NCBI GenBank assembly: GCA_964247055.1
Contig: OZ176056.1
Span: forward strand, 9,114,001-9,178,000
Direction: 5' to 3'
Length of the DNA: 64,000 nt
Source: Paragordius varius
Taxonomy: Eukaryota; Animalia; Nematomorpha
How positions within the stretch are numbered: position 1 is the stretch's first letter; each line of letters starts with the position of its first letter. Below, piece after piece: positions 49,121-61,039 of the stretch. Position numbers and translations under genes: made by a program. The notes beneath the pieces are model-generated. The model was not told where the DNA came from and searched no databases. It worked only from the letters and a program-made list of their open reading frames with translations.

Positions 49121-52100
49121 ATGAGTGCTATTGAACAACTTAAAAAGCACACTGTGATTGTTGCTGATACGGGGGATATTCAAAGTTAAAATTAATTATA
49201 AAATCTTTAGAGATCAAAATCTATAAACCTCAAGATGCTACGACAAACCCTTCTCTTCTTTTCGCTGCGATGCAAGAAGCTGAATATAAACATTTAGTTG
49301 ATGACGCTATTGCTTATGCTAAGCAACATGGAAAGTATATATAGAATTAAATTATTTACGAAAATATATAGAATAGAGGAATTTAAAATTGTATTTATTT
49401 GAAATGAGATTTTTTTAAAATAAATTGTTTTAATTTAATTTAATTCTGTTTTATCCATAATGATTTATTTTTGGAAGTCATTTCCGAAATTTATTTAGTT
49501 TCTTTAAAAAAATTAGATTTTACATTTTGTTTTTCAGAGACATTGATGATCAAGTTGAGCACGGAATGGAAAAACTTTACACGAATTTTGGCAAAGAAAT
49601 ATTGAAAATTGTACCTGGTCGAGTTTCCACCGAAGTTGATGCAAGGTATCATATATTAATTAAATGTTTTAAACATTCTTCAAAACTAAATATTTTTAAC
49701 TTGTTTCAATTATTTTAACACTGGATATTTTCCATAATTAAGATTTATTATAAATTATTAGTTTTTATGGAATTTTTTATTTATAACAATTTTATCAACA
49801 TACTGCCATAATTTGAAATCTCCTATAAAAAATTATATTTTAAAAATATTTTTTATAGACTTTCTTTCGATACTCAAGCGCAAATAGCAAAAGCTAAACG
49901 GTTGATTGGATTGTATGAATCTCAAGGAGTTGATAGAAAACGCATTCTTATTAAACTTTCCTCAACATGGGAGGGCATCCAAGCAGCAAAGTTTTTCAAT
50001 TTTATTTTAATACTAAAAGTTTAAAATTTGGTTTTATATTTGTTTTAATTAGCTTACATGTAAATTAAAATTTAAAAAACCTAAAATATTAAAATTTTAA
50101 TATTTGATGGAAGTAACCATATATATACTTACACTTTTGTTTTTATATAACGTATATCAAAATAGTAAAATATTAATATGCATTTATGGAAAAACAATAG
50201 TTTTAATGATTTTAAGTTTTATTTTTTTTAAATTTATTATTAAGGATAAATAAGGATTTATTTATGGATAAAGCTATTTTTAAATTATTCTTCTAAAAAT
50301 TAAAAATGTTATAAAAATTAATTTTCATTTAAGAAACGGTAAAAAATAATTGGCAAAGGTAAAAGATAAGAAATAATTATTTTAAGAGAAATTTTTTTAT
50401 AAACTTGATATATAACCAATATATATTGTTTTTAGCTCAAATAATTATAAATATATAAAAGTATGTATTTAAAGCGTTCATTTTTACATATTAACTATGT
50501 TAATAAGGGTATATAATAAATATCAGAATTAAAAAGTATGGGCTTCTATATTTGGAACATCCTTTTAAGTTTTCTGTTTTTCAATTATTGTTGGATTTTA
50601 TTTTAATATATTGTTTTTATTACAGAGAACTCGAATCAAAAGATGGTATTCATTGCAATATGACGCTACTCTTCTCATTTGCACAGGTTAAAATTTATAT
50701 TTAGTTTCATAAAATAAATTTATTGATTATATCTTTAGAAAATATTTTTTATTTTGATAAACTTAAATTATTTAAAACTATTTTAGGGGTTTGACCGCTT
50801 ATGTTTTAACTTTTAATAGTGTAGTAAATTTTTTTAGTAAATGTAGTATAAGATATTATAAAAGAATTTGTTTTTTACCTTTATTTTTTTTAAATCAAAA
50901 TTTCAAAATATATTTGTAATGTAGGCAAAAGCTTGTGCTGAAGCCAAGGTGACCCTTATCTCACCTTTTGTTGGTCGAATTTATGATTGGTATGTTGCTC
51001 ACACCGATCAAAAAACGTTTAAACCCCAAGATGATCCTGGTAAGATGATTTTTGAGATTTTTTTGGAATTTAATCGATTTGAGATTTTGAGCCTTATTTT
51101 TATATTATAGGTTTTTAATATAATTTGATGATATTTTAAACATAACTCTTGAAGATATATAAATTACATATCATCGAGTTTTTTTCCTTGATTTTTAATG
51201 TATTTGGTTTTTAGTGGCGACGTTATAATATAACTTAAGGTTTAAATTTAGTTATTATTTGTAATCTAAATAATGAAAAAAATAATAATAAAGGCAAAAA
51301 ATGTTAAAACTAATTGACAAATATATATAAGGTATTATATATCTATATAGCCATATTTTTTTAATTCTGTTTTTTCTAAATCCTTAATTATAGGTTCCAA
51401 AATTACAAATTATATTTATTTTTGCGAATCACTTTAGGATTCAAAGAATTAAGTATTGCTGTGTAAAATTATTTATCTTTATTTTTTACATTTTGAGGTC
51501 TTTAGTACAAATCAAAATTAAATTATAGAGCCAAAACTTAATAAATAAAACACAAGTTTTTATACATATAAGGAGACCCTTACTTATATAATCTTTTTAA
51601 GTCACAAAAAAGTAATTACATTTATTTTATATTATTATCATTTAGGGGCTTTATAAAAATATCCAGGCGTGAAAAGTTTGTAAAAATGTTTGTATGAAAA
51701 ATATTTGTCCTTTAGTTTTTACCCCTGTTTTATTTTTAAAAATTTTACTTTTATTTTACAGTCATGTATCCTTTATTTTATCAAAAAGTTATTTTCTTTC
51801 CTTAATTGGGTATAAATATTTGTTAAAGAATGAAAAAAAACAGCTCTATTGTATTAACATTATCTCATATTCATTAAAAAAAAGTATAAGAATTACCATA
51901 GAGCTCTAATTTTTTCCATTCTTTACCAAATATTTTTACCCACCCATTTAACGAAAAAAAAATATTTTTTTACCCTAAAATAAAGGATACATGACTGTAT
52001 AAAACTTAATAAATTTTGTTTTTCTTTCTTGTTTTGCCTTTTAGGTGTGAAAAGTGTAACTCACATTTATAATTATTACAAGAAGAATGGTTATAAAACA

Positions 52101-53301
52101 GTTATTATGGGCGCCTCGTTTCGAAACACGGGACAAATTGAACAGTTGTGTGGATGTGATCTATTAACTATTAGGTTTGTTTTTATTTGAATTTTAGTTT
52201 AGAAATCATATTTTTTTATATATCTTAAAAAATAACTTTTTTAAAAAGTAACCTGAGAACGCTATCAATCTAATTAAAATTTTTGATTACGAAGAAGAAA
52301 AAAGAGAAAATCAATATATACCATCAACAGTTTAAATTCTTTACCCTAAAAATAAATTATATGTTTTTGAACTAATATAACTCATTATTAATCTGAAATA
52401 TATTTTTATGGCATATTTTTTTTAGTGTTATTTAAATTAAAAACAAAATTTTTATTTTTTAAAAATATATGAATTAATCCTAAAAAAACATATATTTTAT
52501 TTGATAGTGAAGTTGAATTGTTTAGGTGTGAATTGAATTTTGTTAGGGTGAACTTGAATTGTAAATGGTATATATGTAATTTTTATAATTATAATATAAT
52601 TATAATTCTATTTATTACAATGGTTTTTCCAAATCTCATTTCCTTATTTTGTGTCCGAATAAGGTTTATATGGTATAATTAAAAATTTATTTTGCGTGTT
52701 TAACATATTAGTATGGAATGAATGATATATATATTTTTTATATGATTATAGTCCCAAGTTATTGCAAGAGTTGACAGATAAAAACGAACCATTGCAACAA
52801 CATTTGTCAGCCAACAAAAGTATTTCTATCATAGAAAATAGAACTTTTAAAATATCATTTTACAAAATTTTTCATGGTTTTGTTGATTACTTTTATATTT
52901 CATAAAATGAAGAATTTGCCTCAACCCCAAATTTAGTTTTTTAAACCCTTTCAATAAATAATTGGACAAATATACCTATTTTTACTGTCTTTTAACGTAT
53001 TTTTTTTGGATTTGAATTGAAATTTGCCATTTTTAGTAATAATTAAAAAATTTTTCTCTAAATATAAACTCTTAAGCAGCATGCTATAAAATTGATTCAT
53101 ACATAATAATAAACTTGATATCTAGTCCCTTCAGAAACTCCAGTAGCAGGAAAACCTATAACAGAGGCAGAGTTTCGTTGGGAACACAATGAAGATCAAA
53201 TGGCAGTTGAGAAATTGAGTGAGGGCATCAGAAATTTCAATCACGATGCCAATCGTACGAAAGCACTCTTGAAAAAATTTATTCAAGAATCTAAAAAATG
53301 A
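49121..53301 (+). CDS. TALDO1: Transaldolase (EC 2.2.1.2), 9 exons, 325 aa
   Basis: Exons 49121-49184, 49211-49334, 49538-49645, 49859-49990, 50626-50686, 50925-51039, 52045-52174, 52752-52819, 53126-53301; sum 978 nt. Motifs: [42 protein letters not shown] (Schiff-base Lys), [45 protein letters not shown]. Confidence 0.97.
51759..51997. mobile_element. MITE family 3 (perfect 22-bp TIR, TA flanks)
   Basis: TA-CAGTCATGTATCCTTTATTTTA ... TAAAATAAAGGATACATGACTG-TA; transaldolase intron 6. Confidence 0.8.
52317..52572. mobile_element. MITE family 2 copy in transaldolase intron 7
   Basis: TATACCATCAACAG...AATATAACTCATTATTAAT...AGGGTGAACTTGAATTGTAAATGGTATA. Confidence 0.8.
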
Positions 53302-56169
53302 TAATTTTAGTTTCGCCTTAGAAATTTTTGTTCTATCTAGTTGTAAATTATTATAAAGTCAAAACATTAAAAAAGTATAAGATTAATATTTGTGTAATTA
53401 GTCTTTGTAACTGTAACATACAGATGTTACTAAAACTCTATATTTTATTTCTCTCTAACTTATAGGTTACAAATTAAGGAACGAAAAATATGGGTTTTTT
53501 TGCTAATAAAAAATATTAGTCGTTTACTTTTTATGTTTTGACTTTGTATTTTAATATTTACTGTAATATTAATTTAATATAGCAAATATCAATCAAACAT
53601 TGCTCCACACCTTAGTTGTCATTATTTATTTTTATTATAATTATGTGACTTTTTCAATGTATAAAATATTACTTAGAAATCACATTCTATCCATTTTATG
53701 CACATCTTAGTCAAAAATTCCTAAATAAATTATAAATAACATTGAACTGAATATGAAATTTCAGGCTTTAATATAATTTTTGCGGTCAATAAAAACTTTT
53801 TTTAGTCCCTAACGTTTTTTTAATTCATCTTATCAGATAATCGTTATATTGAGTAAAAGGTTTCAATTAACTAATGTATTGATTGACAATTTAAATAATA
53901 TACACCTCATCAACACAAGAGAAAATAGGAAATAACTTAACAAAGTCACAAAAGACTTTTTAAAAGAAACAGAATACTTTAAAATATCACGCCAAGAAAA
54001 AAACAATAACACATGGACATCACTTTGCATTTTTTTTGTTATATAATTTATAATTATATTTTTCAAATTTTATTTTAATTAATCTTATTATTATTTTTGT
54101 TTTGTTTTAAATCCATTGAAAAAGATACTCTCATGTGTCGAAAATTTTGGATATAGTTTGAGTTTAATAAATTTTACGAGAATACAAATTATTATTTTAA
54201 CATAAAGTTCTCGTTGACAAATTAATGCAATTATATTTGCACAGAAGGGCAAAAAATTAATCAATATGGGAATATCTATTTGTGTTTTGTCAGAGTCATT
54301 AAAAATCTTTTATTAAAAATCAAATAGGGGACAACAGAGTGTCTAACACAAATGGCTTCTTGGCCGCATTTTCAGCTCCGAAATTTGTGGCGCATTTAAA
54401 ATTATAACAATTGGACATCATAAATATAGGTATCTTTACGGTTTTCGTTTATAAAAATTTTTGATAAATGATAATTTTTACCTTAAACTCAAACATTACG
54501 ATATCCAATTTAAACGTATGATGTGGTATATATAAATATTGAGCGTTTTCAAAATAACCATTTACCGAACAAATTCTGTCAATAAATGTAATATAAAAAA
54601 TATTCTGAATAAATTATGATTAAAAATAATATATTTATAATTTTCTAAAAGGTTTTCTTAAATTATAAATTTTTTATTAATTTGATTTTTATCAATTTTT
54701 TGCGGGCTCTATAATTGGATTGTCCAATGCGGCCCGGCCCGTTGTATTACCTCAGTATTTTAAATTAAACCTTACGTATTATATCACGTCAGAATTTTAA
54801 TAACCGTTTTTTTGCTTCTAAATTGGGGTCAAATTTGTAAAAATTTTTAATTATATTCAACGTAAACACGAAAACAAACTCCGAGATATGTTAATCATTG
54901 TCTAATTATATAAAAAAATCAAAGTATTTAGGCCGTTTCCACCATGCTAAATATCATGCACTCGCTTGAAAAATTATTTTTTGTTATTTTTATCGCGCTA
55001 TCTCGGAATTTTTGCGTCATTTTAAGGGAACTTATTATTTAAAAACCGTTCAATTTTTCCTTTTCGGAACCTAAATTTTGAATTTAAAAAGTTTTGCTTC
55101 TTAAATATTGTTTGTGTTATAGTAATTAATATTTTTGGATAAATCCATTAATTTTTACCCAAAAAATTTATTTAATATAATGTGGGCAAAATTTGCCATT
55201 TTTTGATATGTACATACCACAAAAGTGGAAATATCTTTCTTAAATCAATCATAAGTCCAAAACAAGCACAGTGTAATCCTGAACATTTTCTATCAGATTA
55301 TATATCATCAGAGTATTTTTCAAAACCTTCAATTTTGACATTGTAATTTGTAATTACAATTTTACAAATAACACAAAATTAAAAGACAACTATACTCTTT
55401 TAAAACTTGATAATTCCTATATAAGCAGCGATGCAACTAGGGTTGGGCTGACCAAGTCATGACTCGGCCAATTGTCAGTGACTATTTATGTTTTGACCAT
55501 GGTTATTGAAAAAAACTGTTTGTTGAAAAAATGCTAGTAAATTTTTTTTGGAAGAGAAGTCGTAAGATTTTATTGTTTTTTTAATATATTTTTTTAAAAA
55601 TATAAATTAAATATCTAAATATTATTTAACAATATTAAAAATTGTTAAACATACCTCTTTATAACATAAGTATTTAAGCATATCCAGTTATTTCGAAAAA
55701 CAAAACAATATAGCACTTTGCAAAATATGCAATTCCATATATGTGAACCAAAAATGAAAAGCATCATAAAATTGGATATTTTAATACTCTATACCCTATT
55801 TCGCAACCCTAGGGATAAGTTAATTTTTGAATCATAGAAAGATATAATTACATTTTTTCTCTACAATTAAAATTACTGTAAGTCTCGTTTTCTAGATTGT
55901 TAATGTTGTTAATAAATCAACACAAATAACAAAAATATTTAAAATACAATTATAAAGATATCGTATAATTTACACTTTATTAAGATATTCACCTAGTATA
56001 AGGCATATTTAAATGTCTTTTTTATAAAATCGCATATAAAATACTAATTATACTAAAATAATGCGATTAGATATTTTATAACGTAGTACAAAATTAAACT
56101 TTGCCTGTTTTTACACCATCGGTGTAATATATTAAGTTTCTAGAACAAACTATTCTGATGAAATATAAG

Positions 56170-56195
<26 letters not shown>
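56170..56195. repeat. (TA)13 microsatellite at the left edge of the foldback element
   Basis: Directly visible. Confidence 0.9.
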
Positions 56196-56200
<5 letters not shown>

Positions 56201-57265
56201 TGTGCAAAAAGAGGGTCATTTTGATTTAACGAAAAAATTTTTTTTCATGAGATAGCTTATGACTAGTGAATTCATTTTCCGCCAAAATTATAATTTGTTG
56301 AGAACCTAGTTAAATATTGAGAGAAAATCGAAATCGGGCAAAAATGAAAATTTAAGGATAATTAAAAAAAATAATCATATTTCCTAAAATCATATACTTA
56401 GGGTTTCTATAAAATAAGCTCAAAAAAATGGCGTTTTTCTTTTAACACACTCACATTAATTATTAACTAGATAAACTCACTATTGAAATCTTAACATCTA
56501 TAGTTTATTCAGTAGAAAAACTTTATTTTAAAATAAAACCAAAAAATTTTGTTTTATATTTTTACATATTTTTGTCATCTGGTTTGTGATTGTATAAAAA
56601 ATTTATACTATTTTATTGGAATGTTAAAATCCCATTTACAAATATTAATTTGTCATAAAACAGACTTGTTACAGCGATTTGTAAGAATTGTTGGTTGATA
56701 TTCCACTACTTTTAAATCCTATTTTGCAAAATTAATATACTTAATAATTCCCACTAATATAAAAGAACCCAAAATAAAACAGTTTTTATAAACTCATAAA
56801 CCAGATGACAAAAAAATGCAAAAATAAAAAATATTTTTAGTTTTATTTTGATATATAAGTATTTTAAAATATAAATGTTAAGATTTTAATAGTGATTTTA
56901 GGTAGGAAATAATTTTAAAAAATTATTTTAATATAGTTTCATATTAATTTTTTTTATCTTTTAATGTGATAAAAGTAAAACGGCATCTTTTGACCTAAAA
57001 TTTTATGGAAACCCTAACTATATGATTTTAGGCTAACTATATATTGAAAATATCTCCTAAAATGATAATAAACGATAATATTTCGGATTTTATCATTATT
57101 TTTTGAAATATCCTTAATTTTCACTTTTTGCCCGATTTCGATTTTCTCTCAATATTTCAAAAATTAGGTTGTCAACAAATAAAAGTTTTTGCGGCAAATG
57201 AATGCGCTGATTATAAGCTATCGGATGAAAAAAAATTTTTTGTTAAAAATTTTTTGCACACAGTG
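56196..57265. mobile_element. 1.07-kb non-autonomous foldback/palindromic TIR element with TA flanks
   Basis: TA-CAATGTGTGCAAAAA...TTTTTGCACACAGTG-TA. The arms match inward, e.g. AAATATTGAGAGAAAATCGAAATCGGGCAAAAA vs TTTTTGCCCGATTTCGATTTTCTCTCAATATTT, and TTTTGTCATCTGGTTT vs AAACCAGATGACAAAA. No transposase ORF. Confidence 0.85.
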
Positions 57266-59756
57266 TATAGAAAAATATCTGGATTACACTGGACAACAAT
57301 TTTTTCTGCCAGTCGAGTTTTTTGCATTTTCTGATATTTAGTATCATTTTAACAGTATATCTGAAATAAAAATTATAACTCCTTGGAAGAATTTTGTATT
57401 ATTTGATTTTTTTGATTATGCGCCCTCTTTATCCAAATTTTACTAAAAAATGTTTTTCTTTGAAAATATACAAGTAATGCACATTTGTAATATATCATTC
57501 GAAAGAGTAATAAAAACTCTATAAAATGCATACTAATATGTATTACATCGACAGTTAATATTGGACACAAAGAGCGACAAACGCGCGAACCGAGAGCATT
57601 TTTTTTAATTATTATATTTTTAAAACTAATGGATGAAAATACCTCAAACTTTGTTTGGATGGTGATGAATTTCCAAAAAAGATAACACAAGAAAGTTTTT
57701 TTGATTAAAACATTTTTTATTGCTTTTATGTCACTCAAAACAGCCATTTTTAAGTTTTTGTTTTTTAAAAATTACCATCTCAACAATATTAATTTATTTT
57801 CTTTAAGAGGCTGATAATTTCGAAATTTTAAAGATAAAAACAAAGTTTAAGGTATTTTTGATCTTTTGTAGCCATTTTGTAATAAATTTACAGTTATAAC
57901 TATGCATTTTAGTATCCACTAGGTAAAATATTTATGATAATAATATTTTTTCTTAAAAAAGCAAACCAAAAGCTTGTTCAAACATTTTTTTAGATTAAAT
58001 ACTAATATAACCCTAATAATAATATTAAAATAATTTATATGATTTTCAAATTGGTGAAAATTCTTGCCTTATTTAAGGATTGAAAATTTCGACCATTTAA
58101 ATCCAAATAACTTTTACATCCGATTAATTTAAATGACTTACTACCATTTAAAAGATGCAGTTTTTTGCGCTCTTTCGAATGATATAAAATACATGGCTTT
58201 ATATCTAAAACTTTAAATTTTCGAAATTTTGAGTTTAATGTTAAATCGAGGCCAAAAATTATCGATAACTCTAATATAAAAAAATTCTTTCATGCTAGAC
58301 CAATTTTCTTTTCAAATATACTAATTATGTACTTTAATGAAATAAATTTTAAATTTACAATAATGGCAGTTAAAAAAAGTTAAAATTTGTTGTCTAGTGT
58401 TATCATGGTGCTTTTGGTTTTAACCTTTACGAGTTATTAAAGAAAGTTATAAACACTTTTGTGGTGTGTGATCCGTTTATTTTTTTTAAAAAATATTTTT
58501 TGGTGAATGCTATATGCTTTATTTCAAATATCACTAATATATAACATAAACTACATATAAAAAGCAAAACAATTTTTAAAAATATTAAATGTGGGTTCTG
58601 AAAATCCCAAATTTTTTGGCCCTTTTGAAATGGACTATTCTCTTAACATAAATGCAAAATTCCGACATTGTGCAATAATTTTAAATATATTCTAAATGAT
58701 ATCAACTATATTTTTTAAAAAATGCATACTTTCAAATTAAATTTTTAGATTTTGTTAAAGCGTACTTCATACTATTTTGAGCACGATGGAAACAATGTAA
58801 ACCGCTGAGATGTAACATTTTATATATATAATTCGAATGCTAATTTTTCAATCAAAATTTTGATTTAATTATTTTAGTTTCTAATTTATGTTAAATAATA
58901 ATTGTTTTTTACAAAAATTCACCAAAATTGCAAACAAATCTTTAAATTAAAATTCTGAATGTTCAACATCATCGAATTATTTATAAAAAGGGTTTTATTA
59001 TATCTTAAAGCGTTATAGTTTCCATCATGCTTCAAAATCGCTAGAAGTACGCTTCAACAAAATATCTCAAATTTGTTTATGGATAAAATGAGAAAATTAA
59101 TAAAATTAAAGTTTAGGAAAAAAAATAAGTAATATTATACGTCCCACCTAATGAGTATAGAAAACGTAAAAACTCTTAATTTTTACGAAAAAAAGGTTAT
59201 TTCGAAATCATATGCCATATATAATAAATTTTAAATAATAGTTACGGTAACTATTTTAAATATTTCCGTTTGATAATTATAACCAAAAAAATTTCTAAAC
59301 TTGATTAACATTTATTAAACTATCATAAATTAATTTTGTTAATTTTGATTATGAATTTTGAGGCACCCTTTTTGGGGAAGCCCTGAGTGAAAGAGCCATT
59401 AGCCTGAATCTTACGATGTTAAGTCCGAGATTTATGGTTTCGCCACTGCGCGAAAGGCTGCAATCCTAACTTTGATGTATAATTCACAGAAAATAAAAAT
59501 TAACTACAAGGCCCATCTTAGTTTATTACCGCAAAATGAACCATTTCTTTACAAATTATGGGGTTATTTTTACAAAGGGCACTATATTAAGCTCTAAAAT
59601 ATTTTTTTAATAAAGGTAATTAATATATATTTATAAAAAATTAATTTTTTTGATTTCAAAAAGCAGTACAAAAGTTGGCCCAGTACAGGCGCATTTTCCT
59701 GAAAACCCAGTACTGTATTGCAAAAAACAGCCTATCTGGTCACATTATACTAAAAT

Positions 59757-59975
59757 CAGGAAATAACAAAATTTTACGAACGAACCGTAAAAACATAAAA
59801 ACAAATATTTTTTGTAAAAAAATAGTATATTTTTTAAATCTTATTTTTTTGAAAAATGGATATATGCTTTAACACTATTATACGATTGTAATTAAATAAA
59901 TTATATGGGAACAATTTAGCCAAAGTGTTTTCTTTTAAAAATATTTGCTATCCGTATATATTCAATTTTACTATA
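59757..59975. mobile_element. MITE family 1 copy, highly degenerate
   Basis: AAAATTTTACGAACGAACCGTAAAAACATAAAAACAAATATTT...ATCCGTATATATTCAATTTTACTA. Confidence 0.5.
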
Positions 59976-60544
59976 TAAATATGAGCCTAGATGTTAATTT
60001 AAAGTAACTATTAAACGGCTGTCACTGAAAAATCTTTTATTGGTGTTTGTAGGGACAGCAAGGACGGTCCGGACATATTTTTTTAAATTTAATTCAAACG
60101 ATTGCCTTAGTGGGATTATTAAAATTTCGCCAATTATGTGTATATAGGCCAAAAAAAGTCAGTCATCATACATTGAATGATTTAAAACGACATTCAACAC
60201 GTGTTTAATGTAACAAACCTAACAAATAATTATCTACATGTATAATATATAATTTATTAAACATGATCAATTAATTAATTATTTCAAAAATTGAATTCCT
60301 GCTATCAGTAAATGGCTTTTACGCCTTCCAATCTATCGTTTGAATAAATTACCTAATAATATTAAATTTATTATATATATAAATTGTTTTATAGCATAAC
60401 TATGTTTTAAATTTTACGTATAGTTTCATAAAAAATTCAATTACTAAACCATTTTCTGTTGTTGTGTCCATTCCTTCATCTATAGTTTTTTTAGCAAACC
60501 GAATTTTAAGGGACTCCACATCAAATATATTCCAGTCTAAAACA

Positions 60545-60653
60545 TTTTGTTTTATTAAAAAAATCAAGATTAATGAATATGATTGTCCTTTCGAAAATTA
60601 TTTGTCATTTAATAATTTTACGTTTTGTCCGTATAATATCAATTTTCATTGTA
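60545..60653. mobile_element. MITE family 1 right-arm fragment
   Basis: ATGATTGTCCTTTCG...TTTACGTTTTGTCCGTATAATATCAATTTTCATTG-TA. Confidence 0.6.
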
Positions 60654-61039
60654 TTTTCAAAAATGTCTACATTCATTCAAAAAGATGCGCACAATTATCT
60701 TTATTTTATATTTTTTTTGTTTTATTTTAAGTATATTAATATTCCAAATCATAACTTCTTATGCCCAGTTGTAAAGATGGGTATGTTATTAATTATATAT
60801 ATTTATTTTTTTGGTTGATTATTTGGATTCATTTTTTTTTCATTTAATTTTTAAATACTATATATTTTAGTATTAATTTTTTATCTATTATTATTTTTAT
60901 TAATTGTTTTTTATTTTTTATGGGTATTTGTAAAGCGTACAGGCCAGACCTGGCCAGTACTCGGACATAGAGGCCAATAGGGATAAAGTTGTGGAATGTG
61001 TTTTGCCAGTATAAATGTTGGTTCATTAAGAAGTAATCA

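Noticed and set aside
57373-57747. 124-aa minus-strand ORF
   Set aside because: Its composition is dominated by AT-rich codons (I/F/K/L), it has no motif, and it lies among degenerate repeats.
26442-60818. Short ORFs such as 26442-26624, 30851-31045, 34454-34651, 39814-40011, 59675-59872 and 60464-60730
   Set aside because: They overlap MITE copies and are chance open frames in AT-rich repeats.
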